Origin: Phycisphaerales bacterium
GTDB lineage: Bacteria > Planctomycetota > Phycisphaerae > WQYP01
Direction of reading: 5' to 3'
NCBI GenBank assembly: GCA_027451365.1
Contig: DAIDJN010000070.1
Location: 25,138 to 89,137, forward strand
DNA length: 64,000 bases
Every line of letters begins with the position of its first letter. Position 1 is the stretch's first letter. A program made the position numbers and the translations under genes. The notes beneath the pieces were generated by a model. The model was not told where the DNA came from and ran no database searches. It was given only the letters and a program-made list of their open reading frames with translations. Below, piece after piece: positions 32,278 through 42,315 of this stretch.

Positions 32278-32850
32278 ATGCGGTCTGAATCGAAATTGTG
32301 CGTGCACGTTTTTTCCACACAATGGGGGCCATGCGCCATTCTTCTGCGCGGTGAAAATCTCGTCCGGATATATACCGCCGCCAGAAACCAAAAGCGCCTG
32401 CTCGGCGATATTTACCACCAGCACGGGGCGGGTCTGACCCGTATAAAACCGTCGCAATTGCCGCGCTGGGCCGTCGAACTGACCGGCTTTCTCCGCCAAT
32501 ACTACGGAGGCCAGCCTAAGTCTATTGCGCGGCAAGCCAGTCCACGGCGGAAACTGGCGGGTTATCTGGACTGGTCGAGTGTGCGGGATTTTGACCGGCT
32601 GGTTCTGCAACATACCGCCGGAATTCCCTGGGGCCAAACGCGGACATATGGAGAGTTGGCTGCGGCCATGGGAAAGCCGGGTGCCGCACGTGCGGTCGGT
32701 GCGGCGCTGGGCCGCAATCCGTGGCCCGTTCTGATTCCTTGCCACCGTGTTGTTGGGGCAAATGGTAAATTAACCGGATTTTCCGGCTTTGGCGGCGTGC
32801 AGGCAAAAAGGCGCATGCTGGCCAGAGAGCGACCGCCCGTCCCAGACTGA
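32278..32850 (+). CDS. ogt: Methylated-DNA-protein-cysteine methyltransferase
   Basis: IPWGQTRTYG, AARAVG and IPCHRVV. Confidence 0.92.
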   Translation: MRSESKLCVHVFSTQWGPCAILLRGENLVRIYTAARNQKRLLGDIYHQHGAGLTRIKPSQLPRWAVELTGFLRQYYGGQPKSIARQASPRRKLAGYLDWSSVRDFDRLVLQHTAGIPWGQTRTYGELAAAMGKPGAARAVGAALGRNPWPVLIPCHRVVGANGKLTGFSGFGGVQAKRRMLARERPPVPD

Positions 32851-32947
32851 CTTAAATCGGGCGCTTCGAACCAGCCCGGTCCTGATCTTAATAAGATAAT
32901 TCTGTGCTGCGGGCCTTTGAGCTTGGCACCACCACCCCGGTGCCCCA

Positions 32948-33910
32948 TTATTCGGTCGCCCCCGGCGGCTTTGGACTCACTACCTTCCACGCAAGGCCGA
33001 GCGTTTTCATCGTCAGAATAGTCCAATAGGTAATATCAAATTCAAACCACCGCATTCCATGGGCCGCGGAACGCTGCTGGGCGTGATGGTTGTTGTGCCA
33101 GCCTTCCCCAAACGATACCAGCGCCACCCACCAGTTGTTACGCGAGTCATCTTCGGTTTCAAAATTCCGATATCCCCATGTGTGAGCGGCTGAATTCACA
33201 AACCAGGTCGCGTGATACATCACCACAGTTCGCAGACAAATGCCCCACAGCACCCATGCAAAACCGGTCGTCAGACTCCCCATCAGCCACCAGCCCAGTC
33301 CGAACAGCAATGCGGCGGCAAAAAACTGGGGTACATACCAGTATTTATCAAAAAACATCATGACCGGATCTTTTTGAAGGTCTTTGGTGACGGAATATGG
33401 GTCTTCATCCGGGCGGGCGGAATGCAGAATCCAGAAAACGTGCGACCAGCAGAATCCGTCTTTGGGCGAATGCGGGTCACCTGGTAAATCAGACTGCGCA
33501 TGGTGCAGCCTATGCGTTCCAACCCATTTAATCGGGCCGCCCTGCCAAGAAAGGCAGGCAAACATCGTCAGCATATATTCCACCCATTTATAGGTGGCAA
33601 AACTCCGATGCGTCAACAGCCTGTGGTAACCCAGCGTAACGCCCCAGGCACCGGTAATCCAGCACATGGCCAGAAAAACGCCCAGCGATGACCAGCCTAT
33701 AAACATCGGCAGGAACGCCACCACCGCCAGAATATGCAGGATAAGAAACACCGAGGTGTGATACCATTGAAACCGAACCGACTGGCCATCGCGCAAAACG
33801 CGACTCCGCAAAAACTTGCCTTTGGACTCAGATCCGCTGTCCGCAACTTTTGTTCCCTCATCCGGCCTGGATAAAACCTGGGTTAATTCGGCTTTTTCAA
33901 TCAATGTCAC
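32948..33910 (-). CDS. Delta-9-type membrane fatty-acid desaturase
   Basis: His boxes HRLLTH, HRLHH and GEGWHNNHH, plus NSAAH. Confidence 0.93.
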   Translation of the reverse strand: MTLIEKAELTQVLSRPDEGTKVADSGSESKGKFLRSRVLRDGQSVRFQWYHTSVFLILHILAVVAFLPMFIGWSSLGVFLAMCWITGAWGVTLGYHRLLTHRSFATYKWVEYMLTMFACLSWQGGPIKWVGTHRLHHAQSDLPGDPHSPKDGFCWSHVFWILHSARPDEDPYSVTKDLQKDPVMMFFDKYWYVPQFFAAALLFGLGWWLMGSLTTGFAWVLWGICLRTVVMYHATWFVNSAAHTWGYRNFETEDDSRNNWWVALVSFGEGWHNNHHAQQRSAAHGMRWFEFDITYWTILTMKTLGLAWKVVSPKPPGATE

Positions 33911-34095
33911 GATATCCTCGTATCAACGCGCAGGTCCGCCCGCCGCTAACGATCAGGCGCGAACCGTCGCTGCTCTACTGTTCTTGTATTGTAGCAGGCT
34001 GGCCTGAAAATATCGAATACCCGCAGCGGGAAAACACGCACAATTTCCGCCGTTGCGTTACAATATCGCCGCCTTGAATGGCTTGTGGAGTCCGC

Positions 34096-36150
34096 ATGAC
34101 GCAAAAGTATCGCAAAATTCTCGTTACCTCGGCTCTTCCGTACGCCAACGGTTCGATCCATATCGGACACTTGGTGGAATATATTCAAACCGACATCTGG
34201 GTCCGGTTCCAGCGCCTCTGCGGCCACACCGTCACCTACCTGTGCGGCGACGACGCCCACGGCACCCCCATCATGCTCCGTGCCCGCAAGGAAGGTCTTG
34301 AACCGGACCAGTTCATCGCCCGCATGAATCAAGAGCATCAGGAGAGCTTTGCCCGGTTTGATATCGGTTTTGACCAATATTATTCCACCCATTCACCTGA
34401 AAACCGCGAACTTTGCGGTATTTTATACGCGCGGCTTACCGCAGCCGGACATATCGCCGAGCGCCAGGTCGAACAATTCTTCGATCCGGCCGAGAAAATC
34501 TTTCTGCCTGATCGCTTTATCCGCGGCACCTGCCCCAATTGCAAATCGCCTGACCAATATGGCGACTCCTGTGAAATCTGCGGCAAAACCTACGATCCCA
34601 CCGACCTTCTTAATCCCAAAAGCGCCATCAGCGGTGCCGTACCCGAACGCCGCAGCAGCCCCCATTTTTTCCTGCGGCTGGAACACTTCCGCGATGCCCT
34701 GCAAGGGCTTATGGCCAATGGATTTGTGGATGAATCCGTCGCGCGCAAACTCGCTGAATGGTTCGCGGACCAACTGAAGGACTGGGATATTTCACGCGAT
34801 GCTCCCTTCTTCGGTTTTGAAATTCCCGGCTGTCCCGGAAAATATTTCTATAACTGGCTTGATGCCCCCATCGGCTACCTCGCCGCCTTGGCCCGGTTCC
34901 TGCGCGGCAATGCCGACGACGCGCTGGAATACTGGCAGGATGCCGATCTGGAAATTTATCATTTCATCGGCAAGGACATTGTTTATTTTCATGCCCTGTT
35001 CTGGCCGGCGATCCTTCTTGGCACCGGACTTCACACACCACGCAAACTCTTCGTCCATGGCCATCTGACGGTCAACGGAGAGAAAATGTCCAAAAGCCGC
35101 GGCACCTTCATTAATGCGGATCAATACGCCCGCCATCTGGACCCGCAATGGCTGCGATATTATCTGGCCACGCGGCTGAACGCGGCGCCCGCGGACCTGG
35201 ACCTTAGTTTTGAAGATTTCGCCGCCCGCGTGAACAGCGAACTGGTGGGCAAACTCGCCAATCTTATCAGCCGGGCCGCGCCCATGCTCGTAAAAAATCT
35301 GGATGGCCGCACCGGTATTCCCCTGGCCGACGCCCTGCCGCTCCTGAAGGAAATTCGCGATGCCCAGTCCGTTATCGCCCAGGCTTACGAAGACCGCAAT
35401 TACGCCGCCGTTACCCGGTTGATCTGCCAGTTGGCCGATAAAGCCAACAAATATGTTGAAGATCAGGCGCCCTGGTCGCTGATAAAGAAAGACCCCGAAG
35501 CGGCGCGTGGCGTATTGACCGCGGCTTTGGAATGTGGCCGGATTCTGACGCTTTACCTTAAGCCAATTCTGCCCGCTTACGCCGCCAAGGTTGAAGCCTG
35601 CCTGCGGGTTGGCCCCATGAAATGGTCCGATGCGGTGGATTCCATGCCATCACAGAAAATCAATCCCTTTGAACATCTTATTACCCGTATTGACGAAAGG
35701 CAGATACACGCCATGCTTCAGGAAAATGTGAATGCCGCTACCGATGCCACACCTGCCGCGTCCGCAGCCAGCGCACCGGCTCCTGCCGCGGTAAGCGCCC
35801 CGCCGGATGAACCGCTTGCCGCCACCTGCACCATCGATCAGTTCGCCGCCATAGATCTGCGCGTGGCGCGCGTGCTGGAAGCCGCCCCAGTGGTTGAAAC
35901 CGATAAACTGATGCGCCTTGTTCTGGACGCCGGGCCATTGGGTAAGCGGAATATTCTGGCGGGTATAAAAAAGGCCTATTCCGCGGAGGAACTGGTCGGC
36001 CGCCTGGTGATTTTTTGCGCCAATTTGGCGCCGCGCAAAATGAAGTTCGGCATAAGCGAAGGCATGATTCTGGCCGCCGGGCCTGGCGGAACCGAAGTAT
36101 TCCTGCTTGCGGTGGACTCCAAGGCTACTCCCGGCCAACGGGTGCACTAG
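34096..36150 (+). CDS. metG: Methionine-tRNA ligase with a C-terminal tRNA-binding domain
   Basis: ALPYANGSIHIGH, Zn knuckle CPNC..CEIC, KMSKS, and DLRVA...NLAPRKM. Confidence 0.97.
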   Translation: MTQKYRKILVTSALPYANGSIHIGHLVEYIQTDIWVRFQRLCGHTVTYLCGDDAHGTPIMLRARKEGLEPDQFIARMNQEHQESFARFDIGFDQYYSTHSPENRELCGILYARLTAAGHIAERQVEQFFDPAEKIFLPDRFIRGTCPNCKSPDQYGDSCEICGKTYDPTDLLNPKSAISGAVPERRSSPHFFLRLEHFRDALQGLMANGFVDESVARKLAEWFADQLKDWDISRDAPFFGFEIPGCPGKYFYNWLDAPIGYLAALARFLRGNADDALEYWQDADLEIYHFIGKDIVYFHALFWPAILLGTGLHTPRKLFVHGHLTVNGEKMSKSRGTFINADQYARHLDPQWLRYYLATRLNAAPADLDLSFEDFAARVNSELVGKLANLISRAAPMLVKNLDGRTGIPLADALPLLKEIRDAQSVIAQAYEDRNYAAVTRLICQLADKANKYVEDQAPWSLIKKDPEAARGVLTAALECGRILTLYLKPILPAYAAKVEACLRVGPMKWSDAVDSMPSQKINPFEHLITRIDERQIHAMLQENVNAATDATPAASAASAPAPAAVSAPPDEPLAATCTIDQFAAIDLRVARVLEAAPVVETDKLMRLVLDAGPLGKRNILAGIKKAYSAEELVGRLVIFCANLAPRKMKFGISEGMILAAGPGGTEVFLLAVDSKATPGQRVH

Positions 36151-36207
36151 AATATGCCAGCGGCATAATGGGATGCGGCGCCACAAGGTGCCGCTGACTT
36201 TAACAGG

Positions 36208-37239
36208 GTGGTGTTTGTGCCAATTAATTGTGCCATAGTCGGTCTGGAACAGATACAGAAGGACTGGGTGGATGCCATAGCGCAGGCCCGCGACGCCGGC
36301 AAAATTAATATTGTCGCCGTCGCGCAGCTTCAAATGGGTTCGGCCCGTAATTTGGGACAACGGCTGGACGCTCCATTTTATGTTGATTTCCGCCGCATGA
36401 TGCTTGAGGCCACCCCGCAAATCGTCATTCTGGACCGGCCGCGGAATTTTTCGCTGGATTTCATCATCGCCTGCATTCAGCAGGAAATCGGCATTTTCAG
36501 CCTTGGCCCGCCGGTGCAGAACCTGAACGAAGCCCGCAAATTGAGTCTGATGCTCGAACCGGTTACACCGCTCCTTTATATCTGGCCGCGGATGACTTCC
36601 TCCTGGGCCATGCGCCAATGCCGAAATTCCGAAGATTATCTTAGCGGCCTCCGCTTTCTGGCCGGCAATTGGACCGGCATTACCCATTCCCGCGCCCGGG
36701 ACTGGCCCGCCGCACAAGCCTCGGTTCGATCGCTTTCCGTTCTGGCCTGGGATGCCTGCCGCACCGTTATTGAAACCCTCGGCGTGCCCGCATCCGTCTT
36801 CGCCGCCGTGCAGGGCGAACTGGGAAATCGTGACCGGTTTACCGATGTCAACGGTTCGGTCTGCATGACCCTTCGCTTTATTGAAGCCACCGCTTCCCTG
36901 GTGGTCTGCGACCATGACTCACCCCTTACCCGCACGCTTTCACTTTTTAACGCCAGCCAGCTTGTGACCATCTCTGACCATGCCTATCACGTGCGGGCTG
37001 CCTCCAACGGCGAAAAACTGGAACAGGATTCCGCACCCGCGCAATCCTTTGATCTTCCCTGGAAGCCCCTCCTTGCCGAGCTGGACGAATTTTGCACGCA
37101 GTTTGTCGCCCCGCCGACCCCCGACCGAGGCTGGCCACATTTCCTTACCGAAACGGCGGCCACGCTGACCGCCATGATGGTCTCCCACCGCACAGGCGCG
37201 GCCGAATCGCCGCAACACTTCCGCGGCCTCCACGGATAG
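36208..37239 (+). CDS. Divergent Gfo/Idh/MocA-like oxidoreductase-fold protein
   Basis: NCAIVGL start, ...FYVDFRRMMLEATPQIVIL, and a family-like C-terminal layout. Key motifs are degenerate. Confidence 0.55.
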   Translation: MVFVPINCAIVGLEQIQKDWVDAIAQARDAGKINIVAVAQLQMGSARNLGQRLDAPFYVDFRRMMLEATPQIVILDRPRNFSLDFIIACIQQEIGIFSLGPPVQNLNEARKLSLMLEPVTPLLYIWPRMTSSWAMRQCRNSEDYLSGLRFLAGNWTGITHSRARDWPAAQASVRSLSVLAWDACRTVIETLGVPASVFAAVQGELGNRDRFTDVNGSVCMTLRFIEATASLVVCDHDSPLTRTLSLFNASQLVTISDHAYHVRAASNGEKLEQDSAPAQSFDLPWKPLLAELDEFCTQFVAPPTPDRGWPHFLTETAATLTAMMVSHRTGAAESPQHFRGLHG

Positions 37240-37560
37240 TCCCGCCTTGAACGGATACATAACTGGCCGCTTTGTGTGCTTTTGGTTTGCACTTTAGACC
37301 CTGAATCTGTTGCGCCATGAAAGCTGAAAACCGTCCGATATGTCGGTCTTGTTTCAGCAGCCCGGCAAAAATGGCGTGGACTTGCCGGCGGCCTGTTCGC
37401 CAGGCCAGTCCCACCCCGGCAAATTGTTACCCTTGCGCTAAATTTTCCCGCTCCCATTTGGTCAATCCGGCGACAGACGTTAAAGTATCCCTGTTTTAGG
37501 CGCGCCGCCGCGCGGCTTCAGGCTAGCGCGGTTCGCAACCCCTTGAAAGGACGTTTTCCC

Positions 37561-38691
37561 ATGGCCCGAATCAACCGCAAAGACCTGCTGAAGGACACCA
37601 TCGAACATTTTGACATTGTAAGCCAGCCCGGCATTGTGCCCATTGTGGAAGCCATGAAGTCGATGGCTTTTTCATCACGCGATCTTTACCGCGCTGCCGA
37701 TATTTTCGACCGCATGTTGCGCGACACTGAATGTGCGATCATTCTGACCCTGGCCGGATCACTGATTTCCGCGGGTCTCAAAAAGGTTATTGTCGACCTT
37801 CTGAAAAACAACATGGTCGACGCAATTGTTTCCACAGGTGCCAACATTGTGGATCAGGATTTCTTTGAAGCCATGGGCTTCCGCCATTATATCGGATCAC
37901 AATACACGGATGACACCGTTCTTCGCGACCTGCACATCGACCGCATTTACGACACCTTTATTGATGAAGACGAGCTGCGCGTCTGCGACGACACTTCCCG
38001 GCTCATCGCGGATTCCCTGCCGCCCGGCCCCTATTCCAGCCGCGAATTCATCCGCGAAATGGGCCGCTATCTGGGCAAAAACGCCAAAGATAAAAACAGC
38101 ATTGTATTGACCGCCTTTGAAAAAGGCGTCCCGATTTTCTGCCCGGCTTTTTCCGATTGTTCCGCCGGCTTTGGACTCGTCGTGCATCAGTTGAATCGGC
38201 CACAGGCGCATGTCAGCATTGATTCCGCCAAGGATTTCCGCGAAATAACCCAGATTAAAATGATGAACCGCGAAACCGGCATCTTCATGATCGGCGGTGG
38301 CGTGCCCAAAAACTTCACTCAGGATATTGTCGTGGCCGCTGAAATTCTTGGTGCCGACGCGCCCATGCACAAATACGCCATTCAAATTACCGTCGCCGAT
38401 GTGCGCGATGGGGCCCTTTCCAGTTCCACCCTGCGGGAGGCCAGCAGTTGGGGCAAGGTCGACATTCTGTTTGAGCAGATGGTTTTTGCCGAAGCCACCC
38501 TCGCATTTCCCCTAATCGCCGGTTATGGCTATCACAAAAAAGGCTGGAAGAGCCGCAAAGCCCGTGATTTTTCCGGCAAGCTCGACGCCCTGAACCGCGG
38601 CGCTGGAATGCCGCAGCCCAAAGTTCAGAAAGTTCGCGCCGCCAGCGAAACCGGCAAAAGCAAAACCCGGAACGGAAAAGTTCCAGTTTAA
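37561..38691 (+). CDS. Deoxyhypusine synthase-like protein (bacterial homospermidine biosynthesis family)
   Basis: IVSTGAN, IGGGVPKNF, and DGALSSSTLREASSWGKV (catalytic Lys present). Confidence 0.9.
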   Translation: MARINRKDLLKDTIEHFDIVSQPGIVPIVEAMKSMAFSSRDLYRAADIFDRMLRDTECAIILTLAGSLISAGLKKVIVDLLKNNMVDAIVSTGANIVDQDFFEAMGFRHYIGSQYTDDTVLRDLHIDRIYDTFIDEDELRVCDDTSRLIADSLPPGPYSSREFIREMGRYLGKNAKDKNSIVLTAFEKGVPIFCPAFSDCSAGFGLVVHQLNRPQAHVSIDSAKDFREITQIKMMNRETGIFMIGGGVPKNFTQDIVVAAEILGADAPMHKYAIQITVADVRDGALSSSTLREASSWGKVDILFEQMVFAEATLAFPLIAGYGYHKKGWKSRKARDFSGKLDALNRGAGMPQPKVQKVRAASETGKSKTRNGKVPV

Positions 38692-38946
38692 CTGAATTTT
38701 AGCCTCTGGTGATCATCCCCCAGCCGCGGCCACCGGCTGCACAAACATCCTGCCCAGTTATTGTCACAAATTTTGGCCGTCCAATCGCGCAGCCCTTCAG
38801 TAAAGCCTGTGCGTGATGCGGCCGATGCGCCAAAACCAAAGGCATACCAAATGGCGGCGCGGTTGCGAGCCGACGGCGATGCGTTGCTGTTTTCTTTCTC
38901 CCGAGGAACTGTCGGGCGATGCGGCAGCAACTTAGGAGTTAACGTA

Positions 38947-39858
38947 TCAGCCCTGCTCATTTCGCGGGCGGGTTTTCCAACGGCGATGAATCCATAAATA
39001 CTGGGTGGGATCCTCACGAATGAAAGTTTCAATGGCGCGCGTATAGCGGGCGGTGATGTAATACAGTTCATCAGGCCGGTTTTCCCAGTCTTCCGGATAG
39101 ATAATATCAGAGATGCCCATGTCAAATTCAAACTGATCGCCGCGCCGCCGCGCATAGCCGACAATCACCGGCACACGGTATTGAATAGCCAGCAGGCCGA
39201 TGCTTTTATAGGTGCTGGCCAGGCGTCCAAAGAAGGGAACGAACATGCCCTTTCGGCCGGCATCCTGGTCGGCAATAATGGAAAGCACGCCGTTATTGGC
39301 CAGCACCTGCTGGGCGGTGGTGGTGACCCCGCGTTTGGAAAGGATGATCTGGCCCCTTTTTTCGCGCACGTCCAGCAGCCAGTAATCAAAATGCGGGTTG
39401 TCAATCGGGCGGGCAATGGCGTAGGACTTGAAACCCAGAGTGGCCAGCGAATAGCCCAGAATTTCCCAGTTCCCGTAATGCCCGGTCAGCATGATGGCCC
39501 CGCGACCGGAAAGCAGGATATCAAGTCCTTGGGCAAGTTTGTTTAAATGTACATATTTATGGTACGTCTGAATATTGATAATGCGCGTGGAAAACATGAC
39601 ATCCATCGCCAGTTCGCAGAAATGCTGAATGGATCGCTGGCCAATGGCCGCAAGCCGCGCCTCGTCGAATTCCGGAAAACTTGCCGCCAGATTTTCAATC
39701 GCGCGGACGCGGTGCTTTTTATCAAACGTCCAAAGCAAAGACCCGAACGCACGGGCGGTGCGCAAATTTGAATTCACGGGGAACTGCCCAAGCATCATGC
39801 AGGCCCAGCGGGCGGCGATATAGGCGGACCAGTCAAGTGCGGGGTTCTGCTTTTTCAT
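38947..39858 (-). CDS. Lipid A lauroyl/late acyltransferase family (LpxL/HtrB-like)
   Basis: GHYGNWE, ADQDAG..VPFFG and QYLWIHRRWK. Confidence 0.9.
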   Translation of the reverse strand: MKKQNPALDWSAYIAARWACMMLGQFPVNSNLRTARAFGSLLWTFDKKHRVRAIENLAASFPEFDEARLAAIGQRSIQHFCELAMDVMFSTRIINIQTYHKYVHLNKLAQGLDILLSGRGAIMLTGHYGNWEILGYSLATLGFKSYAIARPIDNPHFDYWLLDVREKRGQIILSKRGVTTTAQQVLANNGVLSIIADQDAGRKGMFVPFFGRLASTYKSIGLLAIQYRVPVIVGYARRRGDQFEFDMGISDIIYPEDWENRPDELYYITARYTRAIETFIREDPTQYLWIHRRWKTRPRNEQG

Positions 39859-39936
39859 TACCAGTTAATGTATCAGACATGGGCAATCTTGTAACGGGCC
39901 AAACGTGCCCGTGACGCATCCGTAAACCACCCGATT

Positions 39937-40015
39937 AGCCCGCATGAATTTTGTGGATCACAAATGACCCGCAAAACTGTTTGTGGGTCATAAAACGCCA
40001 AAAGTGATCCACAAA
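39937..40015. repeat. 79-bp palindromic repeat, copy 1 (left of the Fic gene)
   Basis: 77/79 identical to 41324-41402. Holds four TGAYCCRCAAA units in alternating orientation. Confidence 0.95.
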
Positions 40016-40203
40016 GGTTGTGCGACGCATGTAAGTCGTTATGATGAATCGGGATATGCATCGGGCATTTTTTGTGGATAAAAATGGCTGATTCGTAAAA
40101 ATGGTATTTTCAACATGATTTGAGCTGTGTGGTGGCATATTTCACAACAGCCATCGCTGTATCTTCAGGTGGTGCGGCGGTTTCCTCAAAGAATAAGGAT
40201 AAT

Positions 40204-41334
40204 ATGGTCGCGGTCCATTACCATTCCGGTCAATTCCCACCGAAAAATATCGACTGGCCGCGCCTGGTGCCATTGTTGCATCCCGCCTCCGCGGCGCTGG
40301 CCCGGTACGATGGCGTGCTTGAGGGCATCCCAAACGCGAGACTTTTGTTAGCGCCTATGACCATGCAGGAAGCGGTGCTGTCAAGCCGCATTGAAGGCAC
40401 CCAGGCCACGATGGGTGAGGTATTGTCCTATCAGGCTGGCGGAGAGCGCGGATCATTGCCGAGCGAAAAGGAAGCAGATATTCGGGAAATACTCAATTAT
40501 CGGATGGCCTTGGACCGAGGCGTACTATTGCTGAAAAAGCTGCCGCTTTCCGGACGACTGGTGCGTGAAACGCACAGCGTATTGATGAGCGGCGTGCGTG
40601 GCGCAGACCGGGGTGCTGGACAATTCCGTAATCTGCCCAACTGGATTGGGCCGCCAGGCTGCGAAATAACATCGGCAAAATTCGTTCCGGTCGCACCAGA
40701 AAATCTCCCGGCGGCGTTCGCTGAATGGGAGAAATACGTCAACAGCAAACAGCCGAATGTATTGGTGCAACTGGCGTTTGCCCATGCAGAATTTGAAGCC
40801 CTGCACCCGTTTCTTGACGGAAATGGACGTCTGGGCCGAATGCTTGTGCCCCTTTTTCTATTTCAACGGGATGAACTCTCCTCACCGACATTCTACCTCA
40901 GCGAATATCTTGAATCGCATCGCGACGAGTACTATGCGGGACTTCTAAATGTTTCCCAAAACGGAGATTGGACCGGCTGGGCGGAATTCTTTCTTGAGGC
41001 AATACGAAGTCAAGCGGAAACCAACACCCTGCGCGCGCGGCAGATCATAAAGCTGTACCGCGAAAAAAAAGACTGGATGCTTCACGCGGCCCGTTCGCGA
41101 CATGCTATTAAGGTATTGGATTTTATCTTTCAAAAACCCATTTTCCGTGCGTCGGATATTGTCGCTGCCGGCGCTTCGCCGCCCGCTGCGGCCAAACGGT
41201 TGCTGCGACTTCTTCTGGACCATGGCGAGCTTGGAGTGTTGCGGCGCGGAAAGGGGCGAAATCCTGCCGTTTATGAATTTCGCGAATTAATCCGGCTCGC
41301 GGAGAGCCGAAAATTCAGCCACAAGCCCGCATGA
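40204..41334 (+). CDS. Fic family protein (class II-like, DUF4172-type N-terminus, C-terminal wHTH)
   Basis: Canonical HPFLDGNGRLGR and N-terminal inhibitory motif SSRIEG. Confidence 0.95.
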   Translation: MVAVHYHSGQFPPKNIDWPRLVPLLHPASAALARYDGVLEGIPNARLLLAPMTMQEAVLSSRIEGTQATMGEVLSYQAGGERGSLPSEKEADIREILNYRMALDRGVLLLKKLPLSGRLVRETHSVLMSGVRGADRGAGQFRNLPNWIGPPGCEITSAKFVPVAPENLPAAFAEWEKYVNSKQPNVLVQLAFAHAEFEALHPFLDGNGRLGRMLVPLFLFQRDELSSPTFYLSEYLESHRDEYYAGLLNVSQNGDWTGWAEFFLEAIRSQAETNTLRARQIIKLYREKKDWMLHAARSRHAIKVLDFIFQKPIFRASDIVAAGASPPAAAKRLLRLLLDHGELGVLRRGKGRNPAVYEFRELIRLAESRKFSHKPA

Positions 41335-41402
41335 ATTTTGTGGATCACAAATGACCCGCAAAATCGTTTGTGGGTCATAAAACGCCAAAAGTGATCCACA
41401 AA
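41324..41402. repeat. 79-bp palindromic repeat, copy 2 (contains the Fic stop codon)
   Basis: Direct repeat of 39937-40015. The only difference is CT versus TC in the central loop. Confidence 0.95.
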
Positions 41403-41517
41403 ATTTGCGGATTGTGGTGTGAATTGTCATTAACCACTACATATAGTAGCCATCCGCCGAGTCTGATGTTCACAGCTATACGGCACCCGGCCGGCACGTG
41501 GCTTCAAAGCTGGCGGG

Positions 41518-42315
41518 TCAATGCCGCCATTGGGCCAGCGCCGCATTGGCTTCTTCAACGCTAAATTCGTTTGGATCAATGGGGCCGCCGCACCATTCCA
41601 GAATGGATTGATATTCCGGATGATTCGGCTCGGAAAGTGTTTTGAGCATGCCGTAATAACCCCAGAGGCCCCCACAATCTTCCGGCGGGCAGCGGCCCTT
41701 TCCACCAGTGCAGGTGAACATTGCCGACTTTTCCGATGCGGGAATAATTTTTTCCACCAGCAGTTCGTGGGTCCAGCCGTCGCCAAAGTCATATTCGTAT
41801 CGGAATTTCATTTTGGCCGCCGGGACCTCCTCACATAAAGTGGATTTCCAGGCGGGTAGTCCAATTTTTTCATCCGGTTCCGAGCCATCCGGAAAAAGGC
41901 CATCGTACACTTCGCCGCCAATTTCAAACCCGTGAAGGTGGCCGCCGGCCCAACCCATGACAGCCAGAATCACATCGCTAAGGTCTTCAAGATTAATTTT
42001 CGCCGGCACCACCACCCTGCGCCAGATCGGCGGTTTGCTGCGTGCGAGCGTAATTTTAATTTGATATCCCGTGGAGTCGCGCGGCGATCTTTTAAGCTCT
42101 TTACTTTCGGGTTTCCGCGCCTCGGTCAGCTGGCTATCACGCAACCGGGTAATTTCCGGCAGATTTTTTTCGAAATCCTCCATCGCCTCTCTTAATGCGG
42201 CAGGCGAGATCCCGGGATTCGCCGCCAAAGCCTCGTCCGGGTCGCGGTAGCCCTGTATCTTCTCAATAATTTTTATGGTTTCCGGCTTAAGGCAGGCAAA
42301 TTCTGGCGAGTTCAT
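41518..42315 (-). CDS. Plasmid pRiA4b ORF-3 family protein
   Basis: YQIKITL..PPIWRRVVVP, MGWAGGHLHGF, YEYDFGDGWTH and CPPEDCGG. ATGA overlap with the upstream gene. Confidence 0.9.
   Translation of the reverse strand: MNSPEFACLKPETIKIIEKIQGYRDPDEALAANPGISPAALREAMEDFEKNLPEITRLRDSQLTEARKPESKELKRSPRDSTGYQIKITLARSKPPIWRRVVVPAKINLEDLSDVILAVMGWAGGHLHGFEIGGEVYDGLFPDGSEPDEKIGLPAWKSTLCEEVPAAKMKFRYEYDFGDGWTHELLVEKIIPASEKSAMFTCTGGKGRCPPEDCGGLWGYYGMLKTLSEPNHPEYQSILEWCGGPIDPNEFSVEEANAALAQWRH

Noticed and set aside
39949..40081. DnaA-box cluster as oriC
   Set aside because: Only one perfect box; the others are TGAYCCRCA variants duplicated on both sides of fic. No dnaA/dnaN context and no clear unwinding element.
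39937..41402. Repeats read as a CRISPR array
   Set aside because: Only two 79-bp copies 1.4 kb apart, no repeat-spacer periodicity and no cas genes.
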